64,000 bases of DNA from NCBI GenBank assembly GCA_002269645.1, contig NIVC01002985.1, positions 1 to 64,000 of the forward strand, in the 5' to 3' direction. The notes below the pieces were generated by a model. The model had not been told where the DNA came from. It saw nothing but the letters and a program-made list of their open reading frames with translations, and made no database searches. A program made the position numbers and the translations under genes. Source of the DNA: Macrostomum lignano. Its lineage: Eukaryota. Shown here in pieces: positions 35,559 through 47,500 of the stretch; the first letter of the stretch is position 1; the number at the start of each line of letters is the position of its first letter.

Positions 35559-38500
35559 TCAGTCCTTTCTCAGCTGGTAGTTGTAATTCTCAACACCGGC
35601 CGCGGTGACCACCTGGATCACGACGCCATCGCCACAGCAGATGTCCCGCTCAGCGGCGCTGATGAAGATGTCGTGAGCCAGCTTCACGGCGTCTTCTTTG
35701 GGCAGGGCGAGGTCGCCTGGGGTTGAAGGACGAGATGGCGGCTCAACTCACGGCTGGATCTTGGGGGGCGATTCTTATGATGATTCTTAGGGTGATTCTC
35801 ATGATTCCTAGGGTGATTCTCATGATTCTTAGGAAGATTCTCATGATTCCTAGGGTGATTCTCATGATTCTTAGGGAGATTCTCATGATTCTTAGGGAGA
35901 TTTCTCATGATGATGCTTAGGGAGATTCTCATGATGATGCTTAGAGAGATTATCATGATGATTCTTAGAGAGATTATCATGATTAATAGGGAGATTCTCA
36001 TGATGATTCTTAGAGAGATTCTCATGATGATTCTTAGAGAGATTCTCATGATTAATAGGGAGATTCTCATGATGATTCTTAGAGAGATTCTCATGATTAA
36101 TAGGGAGATTCTCATGATGATTCTTAGAGAGATTCTCATGATTAATAGGGAGATTCTCATGATGATTCTTAGAGAGATTCTCATGATTAATAGGGAGATT
36201 CTCATGATGATTCTTAGAGAGATTCTCATGATTAATAGGGAGATTCTCATGATGATTCTTAGAGAGATTCTCATGATTAATAGGGAGATTCTCATGATGA
36301 TTCTTAGAGAGATTATCATGATTAATAGGGAGATTCTCATGATTAATAGGGAGATTCTCATGATGATTCTTAGAGAGATTCTCATGATTAATAGGGAGAT
36401 TCTCATGATGATTCTTAGAGAGATTATCATGATTAATAGGGAGATTCTCATGATGATTCTTAGAGAGATTCTCATGATTAATAGGGAGATTCTCATGATG
36501 ATTCTTAGAGAGATTCTCATGATTAATAGGGAGATTCTCATGATGATTCTTAGAGAGATTCTCACGATTAATAGGGAGATTCTCATGATGATTCTTAGAG
36601 AGATTCTCATGATTAATAGGGAGATTCTCATGATGATTCTTAGAGAGATTCTCATGATTAATAGGGAGATTCTCATGATGATTCTTAGAGAAATTTTCAT
36701 GATGATTCTTAGGGAGATTCTCATGATGAGTTTTGATTAATTCGCGACATTTCAAAGGCTCAATTCTGTTTTCAACAGTAGGTTAGTCACTTTACCTGGG
36801 CCGGCCACATCTCCCTGATTTTTGCGTCCGATCTGGTTGTCAAGGAACGGCTGCAGGATGGCGGAGGCGTTGCCTTCGGCCCGGTACAGCGCGCGTTCAA
36901 CATTGCCAACAGGATCGTAAGTGTACAGCGCGCCGCGACCTTCGGCGTCCAGGCCGGCGACCATGTTGTACACGTAGTAGGGAAAGAACCGGCGATTGTA
37001 CAGGGCGATGGAGATCATCTGGGCAATGGCCGAGGTGTCCGGACTGCGGCCGAACTCGTACTGGTACAGCTTCACTTTGGTTTGCATCATCTTCATAAAC
37101 GTGAGGCAGTCGCCCTGTAAAATTGCAAGAACACTTTATTTGCGACTGTTTAAACTCAGGTGCCATGCCATGCGGCATCATTTCTTGACATCCTACCTGA
37201 AATCCAACACCGCCAACCAGAACAGAGGGTGTCATCTGCCAGATGTGCGGATGCCTGCGAGAATAGATCATGTAGTAGTCGGCCTCGCAGAGTCGGGTGT
37301 CCGAAGCCACAAGACAGTAATCATTACCAGCAATGCCCAGCAGTGTGCTACAAGAATGATTAGGAATATGATGTCACATATAATTGTGCTGATTGGGTAT
37401 TTGCATATATGCTACGAATACAACAGACTTGAATAAAACAAATTGATTTACCATAAAGTTATGCCCAAACAATAGTCAATTTTAAATGGCAACTAATTGA
37501 TTTTGGTACTAAATGCAATTACCACACAGAGAAGCTTGGAGATGAAAAGAATAATTTAGAAAACTTATAATTAAACTTTAATCATAATTCAGGTTTACAT
37601 AATGCCAAAATTTTATGGCTTATTTTTATTAAGGTCCTACGGAGGGGCTGGCATAAAAGTACAAAGATGTGTAGTTAATGTACATCAGATCATAGAATAA
37701 AAAATGTATCCAGAGAATTTTTTTAAAATTTAAATAAATTGATATGTAAGTCTGTACTATACCTTGCATTGGTTTTGTATTTTAGGTTCTATTTTCAAAC
37801 CTAACAAAGTTCATAAAATAATTTCTTTTTTGTATTATTTATTAATGAATATGTTTATTTAATAAACTTTTCTAGCTAGATACCAAACATTCTTCTGCTT
37901 TATAAATGAATTCTAGGCAACAGGTCTAGACCTAGGCCCATTGCCATTTTGCTTGCACCTTTGCTAGCGCCACCCCCACTACCAAAACAATCTAAAGAGT
38001 ATTTCAATGTAAGCACCAGTTAGCACAGCTGGTGTTGTGATGCTTGCCTAGAAGACTCTGGGCACTAAAGTGCTATGTCTGAATGAGATGCCCATTGAGG
38101 TGCTGCAATTTGACTGTGTGGCTAGCAAGGTTGCTAGTGTGATGAACTGCATGTTTTTTGGTGAGATGGCACCCAATGAATGGACCATGATGCACACCAT
38201 TGCTATTCCAAAGAAGTCAGGCACCACACAGCGTGAGGAGCACCAGGGTATCTGCCTATAGTCCATGCTAAATCAATATTTGCAGCCTAAGCAGAATGGG
38301 TTCCAGCCCAATCACAGCACAGTGGTGCAGATCCTGGCTCTTCACTGAGTCATTGAAGCATGGCTCCACTAGTCAAGCCTGATTGCTCTATTTATTGACT
38401 TTAGGAAGGCTTTTGACTCAGTAATAAGGGCCATGCTCCCAATGGCACTTCATGCATATAACATTAACATGCCAGAACAGCTGATTTCTACTGTCATGGC

Positions 38501-41500
38501 GCTGTATCATGGTATGAATGCTGCTATGCCTATCAGATTTCTTTGAGACACCCTCCATGGTGCCTTATAGAGATGCTTGCATCATTCCTGTTTATATTGG
38601 TGCTTGACTGGGTGCAAATTATAGGTTTTTATTATAATATCTTGAACTTCCTGGATCATTTAAATTTAACATTGAATTTTTGCACATTTTGCAGCACATT
38701 TTACAATTTGCATTTTGCAAATTTAACATTGAAAATGAAATTTGCCTGCGAGAAGTTTGCTTGCCGAAGTTTGCTTGCGGAAATTTGCTTGCCAAAGTCT
38801 GCTTGCTAAATTTTGCTTGCGGAATTTTGCTTGCCGAAGTCTGCTTGCCGAAGTTTGCTTGTGGAATTTTGCTTGCCAAACTTTGCTTGCCGAATTTTGC
38901 TTGCAGGAAATTTGCTTGCTGCACATAAGCTTGCCGAAGTTTGCTTGCAGGAAATTTGCTTGCTGCACATAAGCTTGCCAAAGTTTGCTTGCAGGAAATT
39001 TGCTTGCTGCACATAAGCTTGCCAAAGTTTGCTTGCAGGCAATTTGCTTGCTGCACATAAGCTTGCCAAAGTTTGCTTGCAGGAAATTTGCTTGCTGCAC
39101 ATAAGCTTGCCAAAGTTTGCTTGCAGGAAATTTGCTTGCTGCACATAAGCTTGCCAAAGTTTGCTTGCAGGAAATTTGCTTGCTGCACATAAGCTTGCCA
39201 AAGTTTGCTTGCAGGAAATTTGCTTGCTGCACATAAGCTTGCCAAAGTTTGCTTGCAGGAAATTTGCTTGCTGCACATAAGCTTGCCAAAGTTTGCTTGC
39301 AGGAAATTTGCTTGCTGCACATAAGCTTGCCAAAGTTTGCTTGCAGGCAATTTGCTTGCTGCACATAAGCTTGCCAAAGTTTGCTTGCAGGAAATTTGCT
39401 TGCCGAACTTTGCTTGCAGGAAATTTTCTTGTGAGGCTTGCCAGCCAAAGTTTTGCAGAAGCTTTAAGAAACCTATTTTTGAACTCTTGTATTTCTAATT
39501 TTCATTTTCTAAGATTCGTGGAAGTCGCCTATAGTGTTATGATTTTGTATGAGGATATGGCGGATTATTAATTACATTTTATATACTAAAATATTATTAG
39601 TATATGCATTATTATACATTAGCATCACTGCAATTATCATATCTGCTCAATCGTGCTGAAATCAGGAACTACAAAGATTTATACTGTTACCAATCCCTAT
39701 CTACCTATACTAAATCTCTCAGTATTCTATATACTACATTCTTAGAATGAAACTCTATAAGCCTAGTTTGAAAGCTTAGTGTCAAGTCAGTTTACGTCGA
39801 CCCTGATAAGAATCCACTTGCAAAGCATCTGTAGTAAGTAATAATTGACTGACCAACTTTACAAGCAATCAAAACAAGCAAGCAAACAAGAAAATAATTC
39901 AGCAAGTTAAAACCTTGCGATTGTGTGATTGCAAATTTCTAGAAAGCAGACATCAAAATTTCACAAGCAAAGTTTGGCAAGCAAAATTCCTGCAAGCAAA
40001 GCTCAACAAGCAAACTTTGGCAGGCAAAGTTCCTGCAAGCAAAGTTTGGCAAGCAAAGTTTGGCAAGCAAACTTCAGCAAGCAAAATTCCGCAAGCAAAG
40101 TTTGGCAGGCAAAATTCCACAAGCAAAGTTCGGCAAGCAAAGTTTGGCAAGCAAAGTTTGGCAAGCAAAATTCCTGCAAGCAAAGTTCGGCAAGCAAACT
40201 TCCCGCAAGCAAACGTCATACTCCCGCACGAGGTGAAATCTTGTATCCAAATCTCAAGAATGCCATGGCCCACTGTCTATTCATTGCCACCAATGCGAGA
40301 TTTGGATTCAGCCCTTCAGGATCTACGTTGCACTCCATCAAAAGGACTGGATTTAATGTTAAAAGGAAGCTTTGTCAATAAGTTTTTGAAATACATAATC
40401 ATTGACATCTTCAATAAGTACAAAGACAAGCATGACCCATATCTTAAGGGTCATGAGTTTGACGATGTGTGCTGCTTGATTGTTGCTGCATTTCCAGGGC
40501 TGCATGATGGATCCAGTGATAGAGTCCAGTTTTGGCAAAAAAGGATTTGTCATTGTCTTAAAAAATTAAGATCAAAGATACTACCAGAGTCTGGGTTTTT
40601 TAAGGTTGGAAATCCAGTTACTAGCTGGCCATTGGGGCTCAAAATCCAGTTGCCAATGGCTATTTTTGGTTGCTCATTGGCAACTAGCCAAATTCTTAAA
40701 GATAAATATTTCCAAGACACTAAATTTTGAGTAACATGTACATGTTATATTTACAATAACAATAACAAACTAACAATTCCATCATATCATATCAGTTCAT
40801 ATGGCACTTTCATTACACTTACAAAAAATTTTTACATTGGCAACTGGCACAGGGAAAATGAAGTTGCCAGATTGGTCTCTGATGCCTAAAATCCAGTTGC
40901 CAATTAAATTTTCAAGGGGCCAAAAAACCCTGTATGGCCCAAAAAAACCGAGACTAGAGTGCAGCAGTCCTGTGGAAATGGAACTCCAACGCAAGCATAG
41001 GCAGAAATGAATGAGAGTTGAGACTAAGGCCAACAAAGAAAACGATGACAATGATGACAACAACAAAGATGACAGCGAAGAATCTGCTCCAAAACACCTA
41101 TGCCAGATTGATACCGAGAGTTCAACAGGCACAGTTGCCAAGAGCATATTTCTTGGTGAGCTTGACACACTCCCAACTTCTCATGAAAGTGCTTGAGTCC
41201 AATTAAACAAGTGCTATTATCTGATGGAGATGGACGACATCCTTGCCATGATGAGAAGTTGTTTTGTTGAATGTGTACTGCATTGTCAAAAAAATGGTTG
41301 AACAGGAGCTTGAATTGCACAAGCCACTGGCATTAGCATCCCTGCTTCTTCAGGAGGTATTTCTTATGATTGAAATGTACAATTCAAAGTGCAAATCAGA
41401 CTACATCCTGCCCTGTTCACCTGAAGACATTAGGTTAAATGTCTGAGTTGCTCTGCATGTTGTATAGGACAAGCGTTTATTGATGAAGTGGTTCAAGTTG

Positions 41501-44500
41501 TATAAAAGTGTTGTTGAAAGTAATGCAAAGTATAAAGATAAAGTGCTCCAAAATGGCATCTCTTTGCTTCTTGGCTGCTTGAAGCTGGATCTAGACAATT
41601 TTTTCCTCTGAGTTGCCAATTCACATTTTGAGAGAAGAGGTTTGGAGTGGTGTGTCCATAAATGGTGCCAAGTTGCTAATTGACAATGTTAAGGACATTG
41701 TCATTGTACTTGCCACATTCTCTGTTGCCTTCAATTTGCAGCACGTGTCTTCTCTAGAGGCATTTGAAGTCATTTCTAAGTTGCCTCGGCATGGTGCCAT
41801 TTCTCAGGAGTCTGTGTAGTTGCTAGTAGCAGGCTTTCATCAGATGTGGTGCACTTGACACTCTTAAAGTAGCAGTTGAAAACATTATACTATTTTGTTG
41901 TCAACAAAGCTTTTAAAATTGAAATAAAAAATCTATATAATATTATTTTTTATTAATTCTTAATTAATATATCACTTCTAATTCAGTATCTCTGAAAAAA
42001 GCATGCATTTAAGAATAAAGAATTCATTTTGACTTAAATTGTTTTTTATAATTTATGGCAAATATGATAAATTATAATAATCAAAATTTGCTAACTTTCT
42101 AAAATCAAAATTAAACAAAACAAAGTTTAGTATGACCAAATCTCACTTTTTTACTCTTGATTTACTGCTTGTACAAACGTGTGCGACTTTTTACCGTACA
42201 GTTTTTCCCGCCATAAAAACCGCATTGTAATGTACAATACATAACAACGCGGTTTCAATGCGGGATTCGATGCGGGATTTTCTGACATTAATTTAATTTG
42301 ATTTATTAAGCCCCATTGATGCGGTAATTGATGCGGGATTGATGCGGGATTTGATGCGGGATTTCCCGACATTAATTTAATTTGATTTATTAAGCCCCAT
42401 CGATGCGGTAATTGATGCGGGATTTGATGCAGGATTTCCCAACATTAATTTAATTTGATTTATTAAGCCCTATCGATGCGGTAATTGATGCGGGATTCGA
42501 TGCAGGATTTCCCGACATTAATTTAATTTGATTTATTAAGCCCTATCAATGCGGTAATTGATGCGGGATTTCCCGACATTAATTTAATTTGATTTATAAA
42601 GCCCCATCGATGCGGTAATTGATGCGGGATTCGATGTGGGATTGATGCGGGATTCGATGCGGGATTTCCTGACATTAATTTAATTTGATTTATTAAGCCC
42701 CATCGATGCAGTAATTGATGCGGGATTCGATGCGGGATTTCCCGACATTAATTTAATTTGATTTATTAAGCCCCATTGATGCGGTAATTGATGCGGGATT
42801 CGATGCAGGATTTCCCGACATTCATTTAATTTGATTTATTAAGCCCCATCGATGCGGTAATTGATGCGGGATTCGATGCGGGATTTCCCGACATTAATTT
42901 AATTTGATTTATTAAGCCCCATCGATGCGGTAATTCATGTGGGATTCGATGCGGGATTGATGTGGGATTCGATGCGGGATTTCCTGACATTAATTTAATT
43001 TGCTTTATTAAGCCCCATCAATGCGGTAATTGATGCGGGATTCGATGCAGGATTTCCCGACATTCATTTAATTTGATTTATTAAGCCCTATCGATGCGGT
43101 AATTGATGCGGGATTCGATGCGGGATTTCCCGACATTAATTTAATTTGATTTATTAAGCCCCATCGATGCGGGATTGATGCGGGATTCGATGCAGGATTT
43201 CCTGACATTAATTTAATTTGATTTATTAAGCCCCATCGATGCAGTAATTGATGCGGGATTCGATGCGGGATTTCCCAACATTTATTTAATTTCAATTATT
43301 AAGCCCAGTAGGTGGTAGCGAATATTGGCGAGCTGTTCAATTAGCTTGGCAACAATGTGGTGACCTCGGTGAATCCGCAGCAACTGCAGCTTCAGCGAGG
43401 CAACAGAGACATGGACCTGACAATCGTGGGTCTGTCCAGCTTGTTCGCCCAGCCCGCTGCTGCGTGTTGATTGAACCGGGTGTTGCTATTTTGCGGCCCG
43501 GCCCGGTCCGGCCCAGGCCGGGCCGTGAATTCGTCAATTATCTTAACAAAAAAAACAAAGTAAATGTTTTGAGCTTCTTTGCTACGTTGACTGGTTGATA
43601 TTCTACTTATCTTGTGTCTTATCTTATTTTAAATACTTAAGCCGGTAAACTCAGAGATTTTTTAGTTTTTGTATAAAAGGAACGAAGTTTATTGTCAAAA
43701 TTTTAGCAACAGCAAAGGTTACTTTAAAAAGCAAAGCAACCATCTATCAAATAAAAAAAGAAAAAGAAAAATGCAACTTAAAACAAGCCAGATTGGCTAT
43801 AGAGCACAAGGGATTCGTTTTCAGCACACTCCATAATACAGGATATTATTAACTTTCGCATTCATTTAGTGGCATTCGTGATGGGTAATTTTATTTGCAT
43901 TTCTAAATCCACCTATTTATGATCATTTCACAAGGCAGCTACCCATCAGGAACAAATGGGTCCATGAGAATTGCCCGCAGACAAATTGCCCGCCGAGAAT
44001 TGCCCGCAGACAAATTGCCCGCCGAGATTTGCCCGCAGGAGATTTGCCCGTGGAGATTTGCCCGCCGAGCTTTTCCCGCTGAGGTTTGCCCGCAATGCTT
44101 TTTTCCTGCAGCGCATTTAGCGACGCGGCAGATTTTGTCTGCATTGCCTTCCCAATGCTTAGTACGTGTTAATCTCAATAAAGAGATTTACACGATCAAA
44201 ACGTTTTGATAGTAACTGCATATCAAATGCATATTTTTGGGGGGGGGGGGCAGTGCAGACAGAATCCAGCTGCCAAATGCGCTGCAGGAAAAAAGCATTG
44301 CGGGCAAACCTCAGCGGGAAAAGCTCGGCGGGCAAATCTCCACGGGCAAATCTCCTGCGGGCAAATCTCGGCGGGCAATTTGTCTGCGGGCAATTCTCGG
44401 CGGGCAATTTGCTCACGGGCAAAATGCACTGCAGGCAAATCTCCGTGGGAAAAGCTCGACGGGCAAATCTCGGCAAGCAATTTGTCTGCGGGCATTTCTC

Positions 44501-47500
44501 GGGCTCCCGGAACGAATATCTAAATGAATTGTCTAAGTGATCTAAGGAAAGGACTGGCATCAATGGATGCAAACCATCAATGAATGCGAAAGTTATTGAA
44601 TATGAAAAATTTCCACAAGATCTGTGGTAAAAAGTGGTAAATGTCATCAAATAACTCAGCAATAAGTAAAATAGCAATCAAAGCTTTAATTACATAAAAA
44701 CTACTTGGCCAATAGGAAGGATAACAGGGGCCTAAGAAATACAATTCTGCAAAATAAACTTACAATAGAATTCAATAAAACTTATAAAAACAAAACTAAA
44801 AACTCTAAAGGCTACACAAAAAAGTGTTATTAGTAGTAGTAAGTTGGCTCAGGCAAGAAGCCTGTTTGGCCAGTATATATCTTTGTATTTAAGTTATTTT
44901 AGCATTAGTTGTTTAATTACGATTAAGTTCAAAAGGTTAAATTTGTTCAAAAGGTTAAATTTTTACATGAGTTACGATGCGAGTTACGATATTTGTTAAA
45001 TTATTAAGGTATTTGAAAGAGCGTTTTTTGTAAAAAGATGTAGTATTTTGCAAGCGCGCAATATTTCAAAGCGTGAAAAACGAACGAAAAATGAACAAAA
45101 ACAAACTTCGAAAGAACTTTACGTTAAACGAATAACGACGATTTAAATAGGTATTAGATAGGAAACTAATTAAATACTAATTAAATGCTAATTAAATAGG
45201 AAATTAAAAAGACAGTAAATGAATAAACAAAAGAAAAGCGGATTTATTACACTGCTGATATGTCTGTTTCAGTTTGCATAACTGTTTTAGCTATTCATGA
45301 CTTCATATATTTTAGCTACACCAGTGAGCTCTTTTCTGACTCTTTTTTCATTTGTAGCATATCCTAACTTGTGTACTTGCTTGTCATTTAAGAGGTACTG
45401 ACAGAAGTATTTTTTTCTGATCTTTTCAGTTTGTGGACATTTGGTCAAGTAGTGTAGGATATCGGAACCATTTCTTGCTCCACACAGTCTACATGCTTCA
45501 TGAGAGAAAATGTTGGGTGTAATTTTGCATTTCAGTTTTAGGAGGGTTGTTAGGAATTTTTTGTTTCTAAAAGTGCATGGAAAGTAATTTGAAAGGTTGG
45601 GCCTGCAGATTTTTTTGTAGAGATAGGCGTTTTTGTAGAGTTTAATATGTTGCTGATTCTCTAGCTTTTGGCTAAGTTCTCTTTCTCTGTGTATCTTGAG
45701 GTGCTTTTTCACTAGGTATTTCTCGTTATTAAAGCTTTGGGAAAGTTTATCTTCAGTTAGTGCTTTTAAGTCTATACTTTCCAGTTTCTTTAGTACATTT
45801 GTTTTCCATGGATTTTTTTGGCTGGTGTTTGAGTAGAAAATTTCTAGTGTCGTTTGGCAAAGTTTTTGGTGTCTAATCTTCAGCCAGTAGGTAAGGTAGG
45901 TTTTAGCGATTCGTTGGAAGATTGGAGTAAGCTCAAGTTCTGATGATATCACACTGTTGCTAGCAAATTTTGGTAGATTGAGGAGATATTTGTAGAATTT
46001 CAGCTGAATGTTATCAATAGCTTTTGTTTCAGAAATGGTAGCCAGAGGGCCCCAGAGCTCACAGCCGTACGTGATAACAGGGGTGACAAGCGCGTCGAAT
46101 AGTCTGCGAATGAGTGTGATGTCCAACGATGTATTTTTTACCTTGTGGAGTAGGGAAAACATAGCTGTATATCCCTGCTTAGTTTGATGTTCAATACATT
46201 TTTTAAAGCTGTTTTTTGGTTCAAAAATAATTCCCAGGTATTTAAATTCATTTACTTCCTCTATTTCTTGGTTGTCGTAGATTATTTTTGTAGCAAAGCT
46301 TTCTGTGTCGTTTTTTGTCTGGTACTGCCCTGCATAAACTTTGTTTTGCTTGCATTTACTTTCAAGTAGTTTTGCTTGCAGTAATTTTCCATAGTCGTAA
46401 ATGTGTCTTGAAGTTCGTCTTTGTTTTTAGCTAGAATGGCTTGATCGTCCGCAAAGAGCAGGATGAGTGGGAAAGCAGATCTTGTAAGAGAGCGCCTAGC
46501 GCTAGAGAGTTCAAGATATTCAACAATGTTGTCAATATATAGTTCAAAAAGGATGGTAGAGAGAGGGTTGCCTTGAAGAACACCTTTAGATATTGGGATT
46601 GGCTGGGTTTCATCATCATCATCATCTTTTTTTAGAATGAAGCAGGCATTTTTATGCATGTTCTTGATAAGTTCCATCATTTGACCTTTAATACCTTGGT
46701 TATCCGTTTTGTGCCAAAGGGTCGGTTGATTTAAGCTATCGAAAGCTTTTTCATAGTCAACAAATCCGATAAAGAGTTCTTCTTTGTTGTAGATGGATTG
46801 GTTTATAATGTTGTAAAGATTATCGACATTGGTCGATTGTGCTGTGATTGGGCTTGAAACCGTATTGGTATTTTGATATAAGATTGTTAGCGTATGCTAG
46901 GTTTTCGAGTCTGGATTTAATAATTTGGCAAAAGAGCTTGCCAAAAATTGGTTGAATGCAGATTCCTCTATAATTGTTGGGGTCGGCACTGCTGCCTTTG
47001 TTTTTATAAATCGGATGAAGTGTATTTGTAATCCAACTAGTTGGGAAGGTTCCGTATTTGAGTGCTTCGTTGAAAAGTGAGCATAGGAGGTCAGTAAGTT
47101 TGTTTTCAAGGTATTTGAGTGTTTCTACATATACTTTATCGTGCCCAGGTGCTTTGTCGGTTTTGAGCTTTTTAATATGTTTTATAACTTCTTCTTTGGT
47201 GAATGGGGCATTGAAATCCTCTAAATCAGCCAGAATAGGGTTGTCAAAGTAAAGATTGTATGATAGTCTAATGCTGCTGTCTTGTTCAGTTACAAGATTT
47301 TGAAAGTGTATGACAAATTTTTCGTCGATTGCTGCATTGTTATTGGGGCGGTTATGTGGTTTCAGTAAGTGCCAAAGCTGTCTTGTATCATTTTGAATAT
47401 AAGCCTGGTTGATCATGTTTTCTGCACACAGGATTGATTCATGTTTCCAAGAAATCAAGCTTTTTTCATATGTTTTTTAAGCTATATTTTGGATGCGAGG

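Noticed and set aside
35684-36755. 277-346-aa ORFs
   Set aside because: Translations of the 45-bp array in PSMB1 intron 3.
38619-40212. Multiple 150-250-aa K/Q/A/S-rich ORFs
   Set aside because: Translations of the foldback arm repeats.
40591-40932. hAT MITE call for the insert with CTGGGTTTTTT/AAAAAACCCTG ends
   Set aside because: No TSD (ACCAGAGT vs TATGGCCC), so it is only mentioned within the SAMD3-like relic.
43310-43950. Transposase remnant inside the 8.7-kb foldback
   Set aside because: Only short ORFs and a GC-rich hairpin (43497-43525); no DDE/MULE motifs recognised.
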